This document shows, piece by piece, positions 1 through 6,704 of a stretch of DNA of 64,000 nt (position 1 is the first letter of the stretch; each line of letters starts with the position of its first letter). Under the pieces are notes generated by a model. The model saw only the letters and a list, made by a program, of their open reading frames with translations, was not told where the DNA came from and did no database searches. The stretch is taken from NCBI GenBank assembly GCA_903851035.1, contig CAINND010000099.1, positions 88 to 64,087 on the forward strand, given 5' to 3'. Origin of the DNA: an uncultured Acidobacteriota bacterium (GTDB taxonomy: Bacteria; Acidobacteriota; Terriglobia; Terriglobales; Acidobacteriaceae). The translations under genes were made by a program, and so were the position numbers.

Positions 1-724
1 GTCCGCTCACTAGAACGTCGCCAGGCTGAAGTGATTGGGCAACCGCGCTCGTACTGCTGATTGTGAGAATACTGCCATCGGATGAAACCGCGAGACTTTG
101 GGTTCCTGTCTGGTCTAGAACCTTGGTTGTGTTTGGAATGATGTTGTAATAGTCAACTGTTACTGCTGAAGTGACACCGGATGCCACGGTTACTGTCTGC
201 GTCGTTTGGGTGGCGTGGTAAGTGCTTGTGCCTACAACAACTGGCGCAGCTGTGATGGTATACGCTCCTGGTATCGCATTGATCGTGTTACTCGAAGTAA
301 GCTTCACCGTTTGGTTGTTGGGATCGGTTACTGTCACATTGGCGAGCGCCACTGTCGGCAAATCAATAATGTTTATTGTTAGAGCGGTTTGATTTGTTAT
401 CGTTATTGATGTGGAGCCAGATATTGCGGAATCCTGGATTGATGCTGCCGTGATTTTGGCTGTTCCAGCGGATGTTGGTGTGAATACTCCCGAAGATGTG
501 ATTGTGCCATCCGTTGCCGACCAGTCGACTGCGGAACTGTAGGCTCCTGTTCCCGTCACCGTAGCTGTGCAGGTTGATGTTCCATTGGTCTGGATCGATG
601 TTGGCGAACAGGACACACTCACCGATGTGATCGACGGAGCAGGAGTAGTAGATCCACCACCACAACCAGTTACTATAGCTATGCTCAACAACAATGTGGC
701 TACCAGCGCCGAGAGTCTTTTCAT
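1..724 (-). CDS. Lipoprotein with bacterial Ig-like (Big_2-type) domain; C-terminus cut by window edge
   Basis: Not in the supplied ORF track because it has no stop inside the window. Codon-by-codon check of the minus strand from ATG (724-722) shows the frame is open down to position 2. It reads MKRLSALVATLLLSIAIVTGCGGGSTTPAPSITSVSVSCSPTSIQTNGTSTCTATVTGTGAYSSAVDWSATDGTITSSGVFTPTSAGTAKITAASIQDSAISGSTSITITN... This gives a signal peptide with lipobox (VTGC), a Big_2-like segment, then Thr/Val/Ser-rich beta-type sequence. A purine-rich stretch (GAAAGAG) lies about 12 nt upstream of the ATG. Confidence 0.6.
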   Translation of the reverse strand, partial: MKRLSALVATLLLSIAIVTGCGGGSTTPAPSITSVSVSCSPTSIQTNGTSTCTATVTGTGAYSSAVDWSATDGTITSSGVFTPTSAGTAKITAASIQDSAISGSTSITITNQTALTINIIDLPTVALANVTVTDPNNQTVKLTSSNTINAIPGAYTITAAPVVVGTSTYHATQTTQTVTVASGVTSAVTVDYYNIIPNTTKVLDQTGTQSLAVSSDGSILTISSTSAVAQSLQPGDVLVSG

Positions 725-1002
725 AAGGACACACTCTTTCAGTCCGGTAGATAATCACCTGAGTCTGCGTTACGTTGAGCATGAACTCGCAGAGAGCGAT
801 CAGGATCGCTGGTTCAACTGCGACGAATTCACAATATAGAATAATGAACGACGTAGATAATCCCCGAAACTGTTTCCGCGCGTCCGTGATGCGGCGCACT
901 ATCGGGTGTGACATCGTCCGCGCTAAGTGGTGCTGGGTTGAGGGCTCTGAACCCAGAGTTATAGAAACAGCGCATGACCTGCTCCCTATAATCCGCACAC
1001 AA

Positions 1003-1135
1003 CTGAGCAAATTATCCGGATTATGGGAGAGGTGTATAACGAAGGGGAAGCACACGGAAGCGGCGATGATAGGGGCGCTGAAGCAGGTTGAAGCGGGCGC
1101 CTGGTCGAGGACTTAGCACACGAGGCGGGGAGGTG
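1003..1135 (+). mobile_element. Remnant of an IS3-family insertion sequence (left end plus truncated, frame-broken OrfA N-terminus)
   Basis: The plus frame reads ...TKGKHTEAAMIGALKQVEAGAWSRT*. This resembles the K-x-T-E-E-x-I-[IV]-x-x-L-K-x-x-E-A-G start typical of IS3/IS407-type OrfA. After the stop, the -1 frame continues LVEDLAHEAG (like the following HTH segment) and then similarity is lost. A TG-initiated possible terminal sequence (TGAGCAAATTATCC) lies about 35 nt upstream. No transposase body follows. Confidence 0.35.
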
Positions 1136-1204
1136 GGGAGCAGGGGGAAATCATCTCGTGCATTTTCCTGAAACGCGGTCAGTAGTGCTTATCCAAGTGA
1201 GCAA

Positions 1205-1915
1205 CTAGATGTGGCGCACGAGGACCGGAATCGTGCTCTTTATCTGAGTAGGACTGAAATCACTACCACCACTTGTGCCCCAGCAGTACACAGCGCCGCT
1301 CGTGGTCATGCGTTGTGGTTTTTGAGGCAGTTCATGCTCTTCGATCCGTGGGCGACTGAAACTTTCTGACGGAGCAGAAATGATCACACGGTGGCCCTTA
1401 GATTCCAGGGCATTGAATAAATCATTTGCAAATGATAGCGCCTTCTCAAGCCCTGCGCGTGAAGCTGTGACATCGACGAGCAGCTTTTTGTAGGGCTTAA
1501 GATATTCTCCTTCATCAACCTTGCGGCCTGCGTCGAAGTGCTCTCGGGCACCAAGAATCAGATCATGCGTGCCAGTGACGGGGCGCTTAATTCCAGTGGG
1601 CAAAGAACCAGGCGGCTTCGCTGGCCGAGGCCGAGGTGGAAGATGCAATCCCTCATCTTGGGACCAACTGGTTTGGTCACTCGGCTGGGCTACCGGCAGT
1701 TTTGGCTGCTCTGGCGCTTTACCAACAGCGAACTTGGCCCAGTAGCCTCGCTCCGGGCGCGGGACACGCAGGATCGAACACACCCTCGCCATGTAGCTTC
1801 CTGAGACCTTGAACTTCTCGGCCACTTTGGTCATTGGCATGGACCAGACCAGCGTGTAAAGCTCTTCTCTTAAGACCAAGACGACCTCCATTAGCCACGA
1901 GCACAATGTGTACAA
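1205..1915 (-). CDS. Hypothetical island cargo protein (small N-terminal HTH-like module, Pro-rich linker, unassigned C-terminal domain)
   Basis: Track ORF of 236 aa. The N-terminus REELYTLVWSMPMTKVAEKFKVSGSYMARVCSILRVPRPERGYWAK looks like a short DNA-binding-type module. The rest matches no family I can name. The internal Met at 1891 is an alternative start. GC is lower, like the rest of the island. Confidence 0.5.
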   Translation of the reverse strand: MYTLCSWLMEVVLVLREELYTLVWSMPMTKVAEKFKVSGSYMARVCSILRVPRPERGYWAKFAVGKAPEQPKLPVAQPSDQTSWSQDEGLHLPPRPRPAKPPGSLPTGIKRPVTGTHDLILGAREHFDAGRKVDEGEYLKPYKKLLVDVTASRAGLEKALSFANDLFNALESKGHRVIISAPSESFSRPRIEEHELPQKPQRMTTSGAVYCWGTSGGSDFSPTQIKSTIPVLVRHI

Positions 1916-2223
1916 ATCCTAAAAGCTCTAACACAGGGCGCTAAAGCCGTTGGCGGAGGGTATTGAGCGTCCTGTCAATGCGATTGTGATTGAACTTTTT
2001 GATCTATGCCGCGGGCGAATTATCAGATTCCTTTTCTTAACTAGGCTATACTCCAAGCGATTCTCGAATCTGGGAATCCATGGCAATCGCAAATATATTT
2101 CAACCCAATTGTCCGAGCGTGGCAGCCATGATCACTAAATAGCCGAATCGGGCGCCGCATCCACAGCTGACACCGGTGGAGGTGCGGTATAAACCATCAG
2201 CCATCTCAAGAAGTTAGGTAATT

Positions 2224-2502
2224 GTGATGGTTTCAACCATTAACCACAGCGCGGCCGAGACACGACCGCTTTTGAGCACGTCGGCTGAATCTAGACCGGC
2301 GTGGATGCAACGCCATTACTCCGTACAGGAACTAATGGCGCCCTGGAAGCTGAGTCACGATTCTGTGACGGGGCTCTTCAGGGATGAACCGGGTGTCATT
2401 GTGATCTGTCCCCCTCATCGGCGCGGGGTTCGCACCAAACGAACGCTGCGGATACCAGCATATGTGGTGGAAAGGGTATACGAGAAACTAACCCGGAATT
2501 AA
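2224..2502 (+). CDS. Putative excisionase-like / HTH DNA-binding protein
   Basis: 92-aa ORF with GTG start and core YSVQELMAPWKLSHDSVTGLFRDEPGVIV...RTLRIPAYVVERVY. It is small, lies next to and convergent with the integrase, and is followed by a strong hairpin terminator. Confidence 0.45.
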   Translation: MMVSTINHSAAETRPLLSTSAESRPAWMQRHYSVQELMAPWKLSHDSVTGLFRDEPGVIVICPPHRRGVRTKRTLRIPAYVVERVYEKLTRN

Positions 2503-2507
2503 CACGG

Positions 2508-2536
2508 AAGGCCCCCGGAGACGGGGGCCTTTTTTA
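2508..2536 (+). terminator. Rho-independent terminator
   Basis: AAGGCCCCCG-gaga-CGGGGGCCTT followed by TTTTA. It overlaps the integrase stop codon, between convergent genes. Confidence 0.65.
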
Positions 2537-3640
2537 TGCCCAGATTTTCTTGATGGACTTTTCCAGTGCTTGCTGGCGTGACTCAACCCATGGGCTGTAG
2601 TGCTTGTAAATGATCGGCGGCGAGTTGCCGAGGATGGCAGCCACATGTTCGACTTGAGTCCCTTTCTCCAACAACTCGATCGCCAGCATGTGCCGATACA
2701 TATGTGGATGCCCTTCCACGTTGGCAAGCGCAAGCAGAGCCTTGAATGTGCGCTGCCAGGTCGTGATGAGCGACTTGACCTTGCCTTCCCCGGACCAGAA
2801 GTAGAACGGTGATTTGCATTCGATTGCTTTCAGGGCCCTTAGTACAGCTGGTGGGAGAGGGAGGTGGATTGTAGCTCCAGTTTTGCTTGTGCGCAGCAGA
2901 AGTCGGCCATTACTGATTGCGTCCCTCCGGAGCTGCACCACATCGGACATTCTCAACGCCGTGTAGCGGAGCACGAGCACAAACGCAAGTACGCGCTTGC
3001 GGTTGTCATAGCCGAACGAATTCTTGACTGGGTATTTGTTGATCGCTTTCAGAATGGCTTTGTGTTGCGCGGCCGTATAGGGGACAACAGGAGCATTGGT
3101 TACCTTGGGTTTCTTGATCTTAGTAGCGGAATTCGAGTCGCACCAGCCCTCATCGTGACAAAAGGCGAAAAAGGTCCGCAACCGCTCAATCTTCTTGCCA
3201 ATCGTAAGAGTGCTGTCTGTGAGATCGCGAACATATCCCTTCACGGTAGGAAAGTCTAGAGCCCTTACCTGCGTGATGTCCCGGCTAGCGCACCAGCGCA
3301 GCAGGGGATTCAAGGTCTCGCGATACTTCTTGATCGTGGGTTCCTTTAGGCCGCGCTTCTCGCAGTCGGTGATGAATGCAGGAACAGCGTCGGAGATCGA
3401 GCTGTTCTTGGTCACGACCGGGTCGGCTTCCATGTTGTGGACAATCTGGTTTGCCCGCTGCCAATTGAGGGTGTCGAGTGATTTTCGTACGCGCCGGCCA
3501 TCCAGCGCACCATCTACCCAAATGGGGCAACTGCACTTGGCCCAGGTGCGGCCCTTGTCGATATGGGGGCATGCAGGGAGGTGCCGGCGCCATAGTTTGA
3601 GCATGCCACAGTCTAAACCACTGGCACGTATCCGGCACAC
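2534..3640 (-). CDS. Tyrosine recombinase / phage-type integrase
   Basis: 368 aa. The C-terminal catalytic region carries RYTALRMSDV (Arg), HPHMYRHMLAIELLEKG (H-x-x-R) and IYKHYSPW (Tyr). The start lies 45 nt from the 3' end of tRNA-Leu, in the same orientation. GC is low. Confidence 0.9.
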   Translation of the reverse strand: MCRIRASGLDCGMLKLWRRHLPACPHIDKGRTWAKCSCPIWVDGALDGRRVRKSLDTLNWQRANQIVHNMEADPVVTKNSSISDAVPAFITDCEKRGLKEPTIKKYRETLNPLLRWCASRDITQVRALDFPTVKGYVRDLTDSTLTIGKKIERLRTFFAFCHDEGWCDSNSATKIKKPKVTNAPVVPYTAAQHKAILKAINKYPVKNSFGYDNRKRVLAFVLVLRYTALRMSDVVQLRRDAISNGRLLLRTSKTGATIHLPLPPAVLRALKAIECKSPFYFWSGEGKVKSLITTWQRTFKALLALANVEGHPHMYRHMLAIELLEKGTQVEHVAAILGNSPPIIYKHYSPWVESRQQALEKSIKKIWA

Positions 3641-3684
3641 TAGAAAACACAGTTTGTAAGTGATAGATAATAAATGACTTTAAA

Positions 3685-3771
3685 TGGTGCCGGGAGGGGG
3701 AATCGAACCCCCATGACCTTGCGGTCGGCGGATTTTGAGTCCGCTGCGTCTGCCAGTTCCGCCATCCCGGC
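3685..3771 (-). tRNA. tRNA-Leu (anticodon CAA), CCA encoded
   Basis: The reverse complement reads GCCGGGATGGCGGAACTGGCAGACGCAGCGGACTCAAAATCCGCCGACCGCAAGGTCATGGGGGTTCGATTCCCCCTCCCGGCACCA. It has a 7-bp acceptor stem, anticodon loop CTCAAAA, a long variable arm and a GGTTCGATTCC T-loop. Confidence 0.9.
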
Positions 3772-3920
3772 TTTGGGAGGGGTATTCACAATTTACCATG
3801 CCGCGCGTCGCGTACCCAAACCGGCGGCATGCCATAGGATTATCAGGCTCAGCGTGAGCGGATCGTTGATGGGCGTCCACCGGCATGATGGGCGCCGCAG
3901 CATCCGCGGGGACTAGTGTT

Positions 3921-5936
3921 TCAGTTCGATGGAGTCAGTTCGGAGGAATCCACCTGCCGCGCGATGAGGAAGGAAGCGTTCGGTCCAACCGCAAACCAGG
4001 TATGGATATGCCCGGGAAGGCGGGTCAATTCCGCCAGGCTCACCACCGTCTGCGGGGTACCGCCTTCTACCGGAACCTTCAGGATTGCCGGCTGGTTGCC
4101 GTATTCGCGATTTGCGTAGAGGAAGCGTGAATCGCGCGACCAGTTCAGGTCGTTTCCATTCAGCCCGCCTGCCAGTGTTTTCCATTTGCCGCTCTTCAGG
4201 CTGTACAGATGCAGCTCGTGCAGGTCAGTGCGCAGGGCCGCAATGTACTGGCCATCGGGAGACCATCGCGCCGTGTCCAGGCCCTCGGAGCCGGGAATGG
4301 TTTCCACCTTGCCGGTGGCAACTTCCAGCCGATGGATGGCGCAAAGATTCAACTCCTGGCACTCCACTCCGCCGTAGGAGATGAACTTCCCATCAGGAGA
4401 CCAGGTAGGAGCTCCCTGCGGCTCTTCGCCCATGCTGGCTTCGCGCGGCTCGCCGCCCGCGGCCGGTACGATGTAGATTCTCCACGGGCGATTGTTGCGG
4501 ATTCCCATGAAAGCGATCTGTGTGCCATCGGGCGACCAACGCGGCAGCGTGAAAATATTGAAACCGGTTGCAAGGGGGCGGCTATTGCTGCCATCGGCGT
4601 TGCTCACCACCAGTTGCTCGCTTGCATCCATCTTGACGTAAGCCACCTGTTTCCAGTCCGGAGAAAAATCGAGATCCAGAGCGGAGATTCCAGCCAGGAA
4701 GGGCGTCATCCCGCCATTGGCTTCCACCCGCATCAACTCAACGTGGTCCTGGGCACTCAGTACGGCATAGAGGTGCATGCCGCTTGCGTCCAGCGACATA
4801 AGGTGGAACATCTCATCTTTGAATTCAACACCCAGTTTGCGCGGCACAACAGCCACCCGGCTATTTCCCTCCTGTGCGGCCAGCAGTTTGTAGTGGCCAT
4901 TGGCATATTTTGCTTCGAGGAAGTAACGGCCGTCAGCGGCGCTGTTGCTCCAATCCACCACTTCAACAACTTCCGGAAACGGAATCACCCGCGGAGCGGT
5001 GGGATGCAGTTGGGCGTCGAAGTGCAATTCGCAGGGTATGCGGAGGTCGGTCTTCTGGCTGTAGACCAGGAAGCGAAGATGTTTCAAGTCCGGCGACCAC
5101 CGCAGAAACAGCGCATATCCAAGGTCGGTCGTCGTTCCATCCAGCAGGGCAACCCGCCGCGATGTCTTGCCACGGTCGGCGGTCAGCAGAATTTCGTTGC
5201 CCGTGGCGCAGAGGATGAAACGGCCATCAGGAGACCAGGCTGCGCCCTGGCAGCGCATGTTGCCCACGCGCTCCGGCCGTCCGCCGTTGGTGGGCATCAC
5301 CCAAAGTTGCCGCTCGCGCTCCACACCGTCATAACCCATCACCAGCAAGGTGCTGCCATCCGGCAAAGAACCAGCCACTTCGCCATTGATGAACGGCGTA
5401 TCCAGCAACTGCAATGGGCCGCCATCCAGGGATAGGCTTGCAACCCGGTCATTCCCCAGATTGAGAGCACCCAAAAATATTCGGTTGCCGCCCAGATACA
5501 TGCCTGAGCCGCGGAGAATAATATTGCTGGCCAGCCGGCTCATGGTGCCCAGCCGGGGCTGAGTGGTGCTGGCGTAGGCGCTCCAAAGGAACCATGCCAG
5601 CACCATGCATAGATTCAGCGCCACCACACCCAGCAAGGCCGTCAGCAACATCCGGCCAGCCGGACGAGCGGGGAGGGGGGTAGCAGGTGGGGCATTTTCG
5701 CTGGAGCTGGAGGAAGCAGACGCCTGCGGCTCCTGCTTTGCGGGCGGACCATTTCTCCACTCGGTGAGCTCTTCCGGAAAGGCGAATACTCGCTGCTTGT
5801 CTCCACCCGGAGCCCGGTGCACGGGCAGGCCGCGCTCCTGCTCCCAGCGCATGGCGGTACGCACCGTTACATCAAGAAACCAGGCAATCTCGTTCCAGGT
5901 GTCCAGGCGCTTCGGAGTTTGTGGTTGGTCGGCCAT
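3921..5936 (-). CDS. Membrane-anchored protein: N-terminal Xis/MerR-type HTH, one TM helix, periplasmic TolB-like (PD40) beta-propeller
   Basis: 671 aa. The HTH segment is LDTWNEIAWFLDVTVRTAMRWEQERGLPVHR, followed by a Pro/Ser/Ala linker and the TM helix MLLTALLGVVALNLCMVLAWFLW. Repeated WSPDG-type motifs follow (AAWSPDGRF, RWSPDLKH, FSPDWKQ, RWSPDGTQ, TWSPDGKF, RWSPDGQY, NWSRDSRF). Confidence 0.75.
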   Translation of the reverse strand: MADQPQTPKRLDTWNEIAWFLDVTVRTAMRWEQERGLPVHRAPGGDKQRVFAFPEELTEWRNGPPAKQEPQASASSSSSENAPPATPLPARPAGRMLLTALLGVVALNLCMVLAWFLWSAYASTTQPRLGTMSRLASNIILRGSGMYLGGNRIFLGALNLGNDRVASLSLDGGPLQLLDTPFINGEVAGSLPDGSTLLVMGYDGVERERQLWVMPTNGGRPERVGNMRCQGAAWSPDGRFILCATGNEILLTADRGKTSRRVALLDGTTTDLGYALFLRWSPDLKHLRFLVYSQKTDLRIPCELHFDAQLHPTAPRVIPFPEVVEVVDWSNSAADGRYFLEAKYANGHYKLLAAQEGNSRVAVVPRKLGVEFKDEMFHLMSLDASGMHLYAVLSAQDHVELMRVEANGGMTPFLAGISALDLDFSPDWKQVAYVKMDASEQLVVSNADGSNSRPLATGFNIFTLPRWSPDGTQIAFMGIRNNRPWRIYIVPAAGGEPREASMGEEPQGAPTWSPDGKFISYGGVECQELNLCAIHRLEVATGKVETIPGSEGLDTARWSPDGQYIAALRTDLHELHLYSLKSGKWKTLAGGLNGNDLNWSRDSRFLYANREYGNQPAILKVPVEGGTPQTVVSLAELTRLPGHIHTWFAVGPNASFLIARQVDSSELTPSN

Positions 5937-6018
5937 GGCTCTCGGCAGACAGCAAGTTGAATTGCGTTAAAAGTGCTTGGTACCGATTGGTTACAGGCGC
6001 GTACGGCAGGGAATGTCT

Positions 6019-6052
6019 GAACTTGTCACATTCCTGTCCGAACTTGTCACAT
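6019..6052. promoter_or_regulatory. Candidate operator: two identical 13-bp direct repeats GAACTTGTCACAT with 21-bp phasing
   Basis: Copies lie at 6019-6031 and 6040-6052, 83-116 nt upstream of the ATG at 5936. The second copy is embedded in the inverted repeat TTGTCA-ca-TGACAA (6044-6057). The first lies inside GGAATGT...ACATTCC (6010-6034). Confidence 0.35.
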
Positions 6053-6105
6053 GACAAAGTGTAGCTATCTGACATTAACTGAGCAAGCAGAACTTCGTGC
6101 GGTGT

Positions 6106-6176
6106 TCCCAGGGACCTCAACGCGAACGGCAGTTCTAACCTCCTGATCCTGAACGTGTTAACGGAGGTCCCTGGGA
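6106..6176. repeat. Perfect 13-bp inverted repeat TCCCAGGGACCTC / GAGGTCCCTGGGA separated by 45 nt
   Basis: Arms at 6106-6118 and 6164-6176, in the middle of a 768-bp non-coding region. Confidence 0.7.
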
Positions 6177-6562
6177 TGACACTGAGTGCCGCAGAGTGCA
6201 GTGACTGTTGTTGGTGCCAGCGTGTGCGTTGCGTCTTTGGATTGTGCGCACGCGGTTGCCATAGCCACCAGCGTATTTATGGAGTCAGAAGTTGACGTTG
6301 CGTAAGCATTACACAAGAACATCACCAGCCAGGCCATTCCTGCAGATCAACAAGAGGCTGCTATTGGTGTCCAACCGGGCGGAAGGGGCGGCTCGCCCAA
6401 AAGTGTCTGCCTGCGGCCGCCTAAAGCCTGCGCCGCGCCATGTCACCCACTGCGCAAATTGCTCCATTTGCGGCGACTCCGGCAAAAAGCCATGCGCAAA
6501 GGTGCTTTGGCTCTTCTGACCGTTGCCCATTGCGCGCGCTGCCCTCAATCATCAATTGAATC

Positions 6563-6590
6563 ATGTGACAGTCGGCTTTCCCTTGTGACC
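6563..6590. promoter_or_regulatory. Candidate operator: ATGTGACA and TTGTGACC with 20-bp phasing, upstream of the large secreted-protein gene
   Basis: Copies at 6563-6570 and 6583-6590. The core and orientation relative to the downstream gene match the 6019-6052 pair relative to its own gene. A further GTGAC-n8-GTCAC lies at 6671-6688. Confidence 0.3.
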
Positions 6591-6704
6591 GCCATATTAC
6601 AGAGTGTTTCTATCCGCATGAAATATCCGGGGCGGGTGCTTTTCCCGGTTCCTCATTCTTGCCCCATAGGGTGACAAAGTCTCGTCACGGCTTATCATGG
6701 AGAT

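Noticed and set aside
363-1116. Track ORFs 363..1055 (-), 567..839 (+) and 775..1116 (+).
   Set aside because: They overlap, out of frame, the much better supported lipoprotein frame (1..724, minus). Their translations are compositionally odd (Cys/Trp/His/Arg-rich, no motifs). Only the last ~25 codons of 775..1116 are meaningful, as an IS3 OrfA remnant.
1121-1155. G-rich stretch GGTGGGGAGCAGGGGGAAATC, loosely resembling the tRNA-Leu 3' end (GGTGCCGGGAGGGGGAATC), as a possible distal att site defining a 2.5-kb mini-island.
   Set aside because: The similarity is patchy with indels and is mostly a G-run. GC stays low to the left of it as well. I could not support it as a direct repeat.
5937-6704. 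Track ORFs inside the long spacer: 6292..6519 (+), 6309..6548 (-), 6459..6674 (+), 5872..6120 (-).
   Set aside because: They mutually overlap and lack RBS and motifs. They have TTG or weak starts and odd composition. I treat the region as non-coding, but a small real gene cannot be excluded without conservation data.
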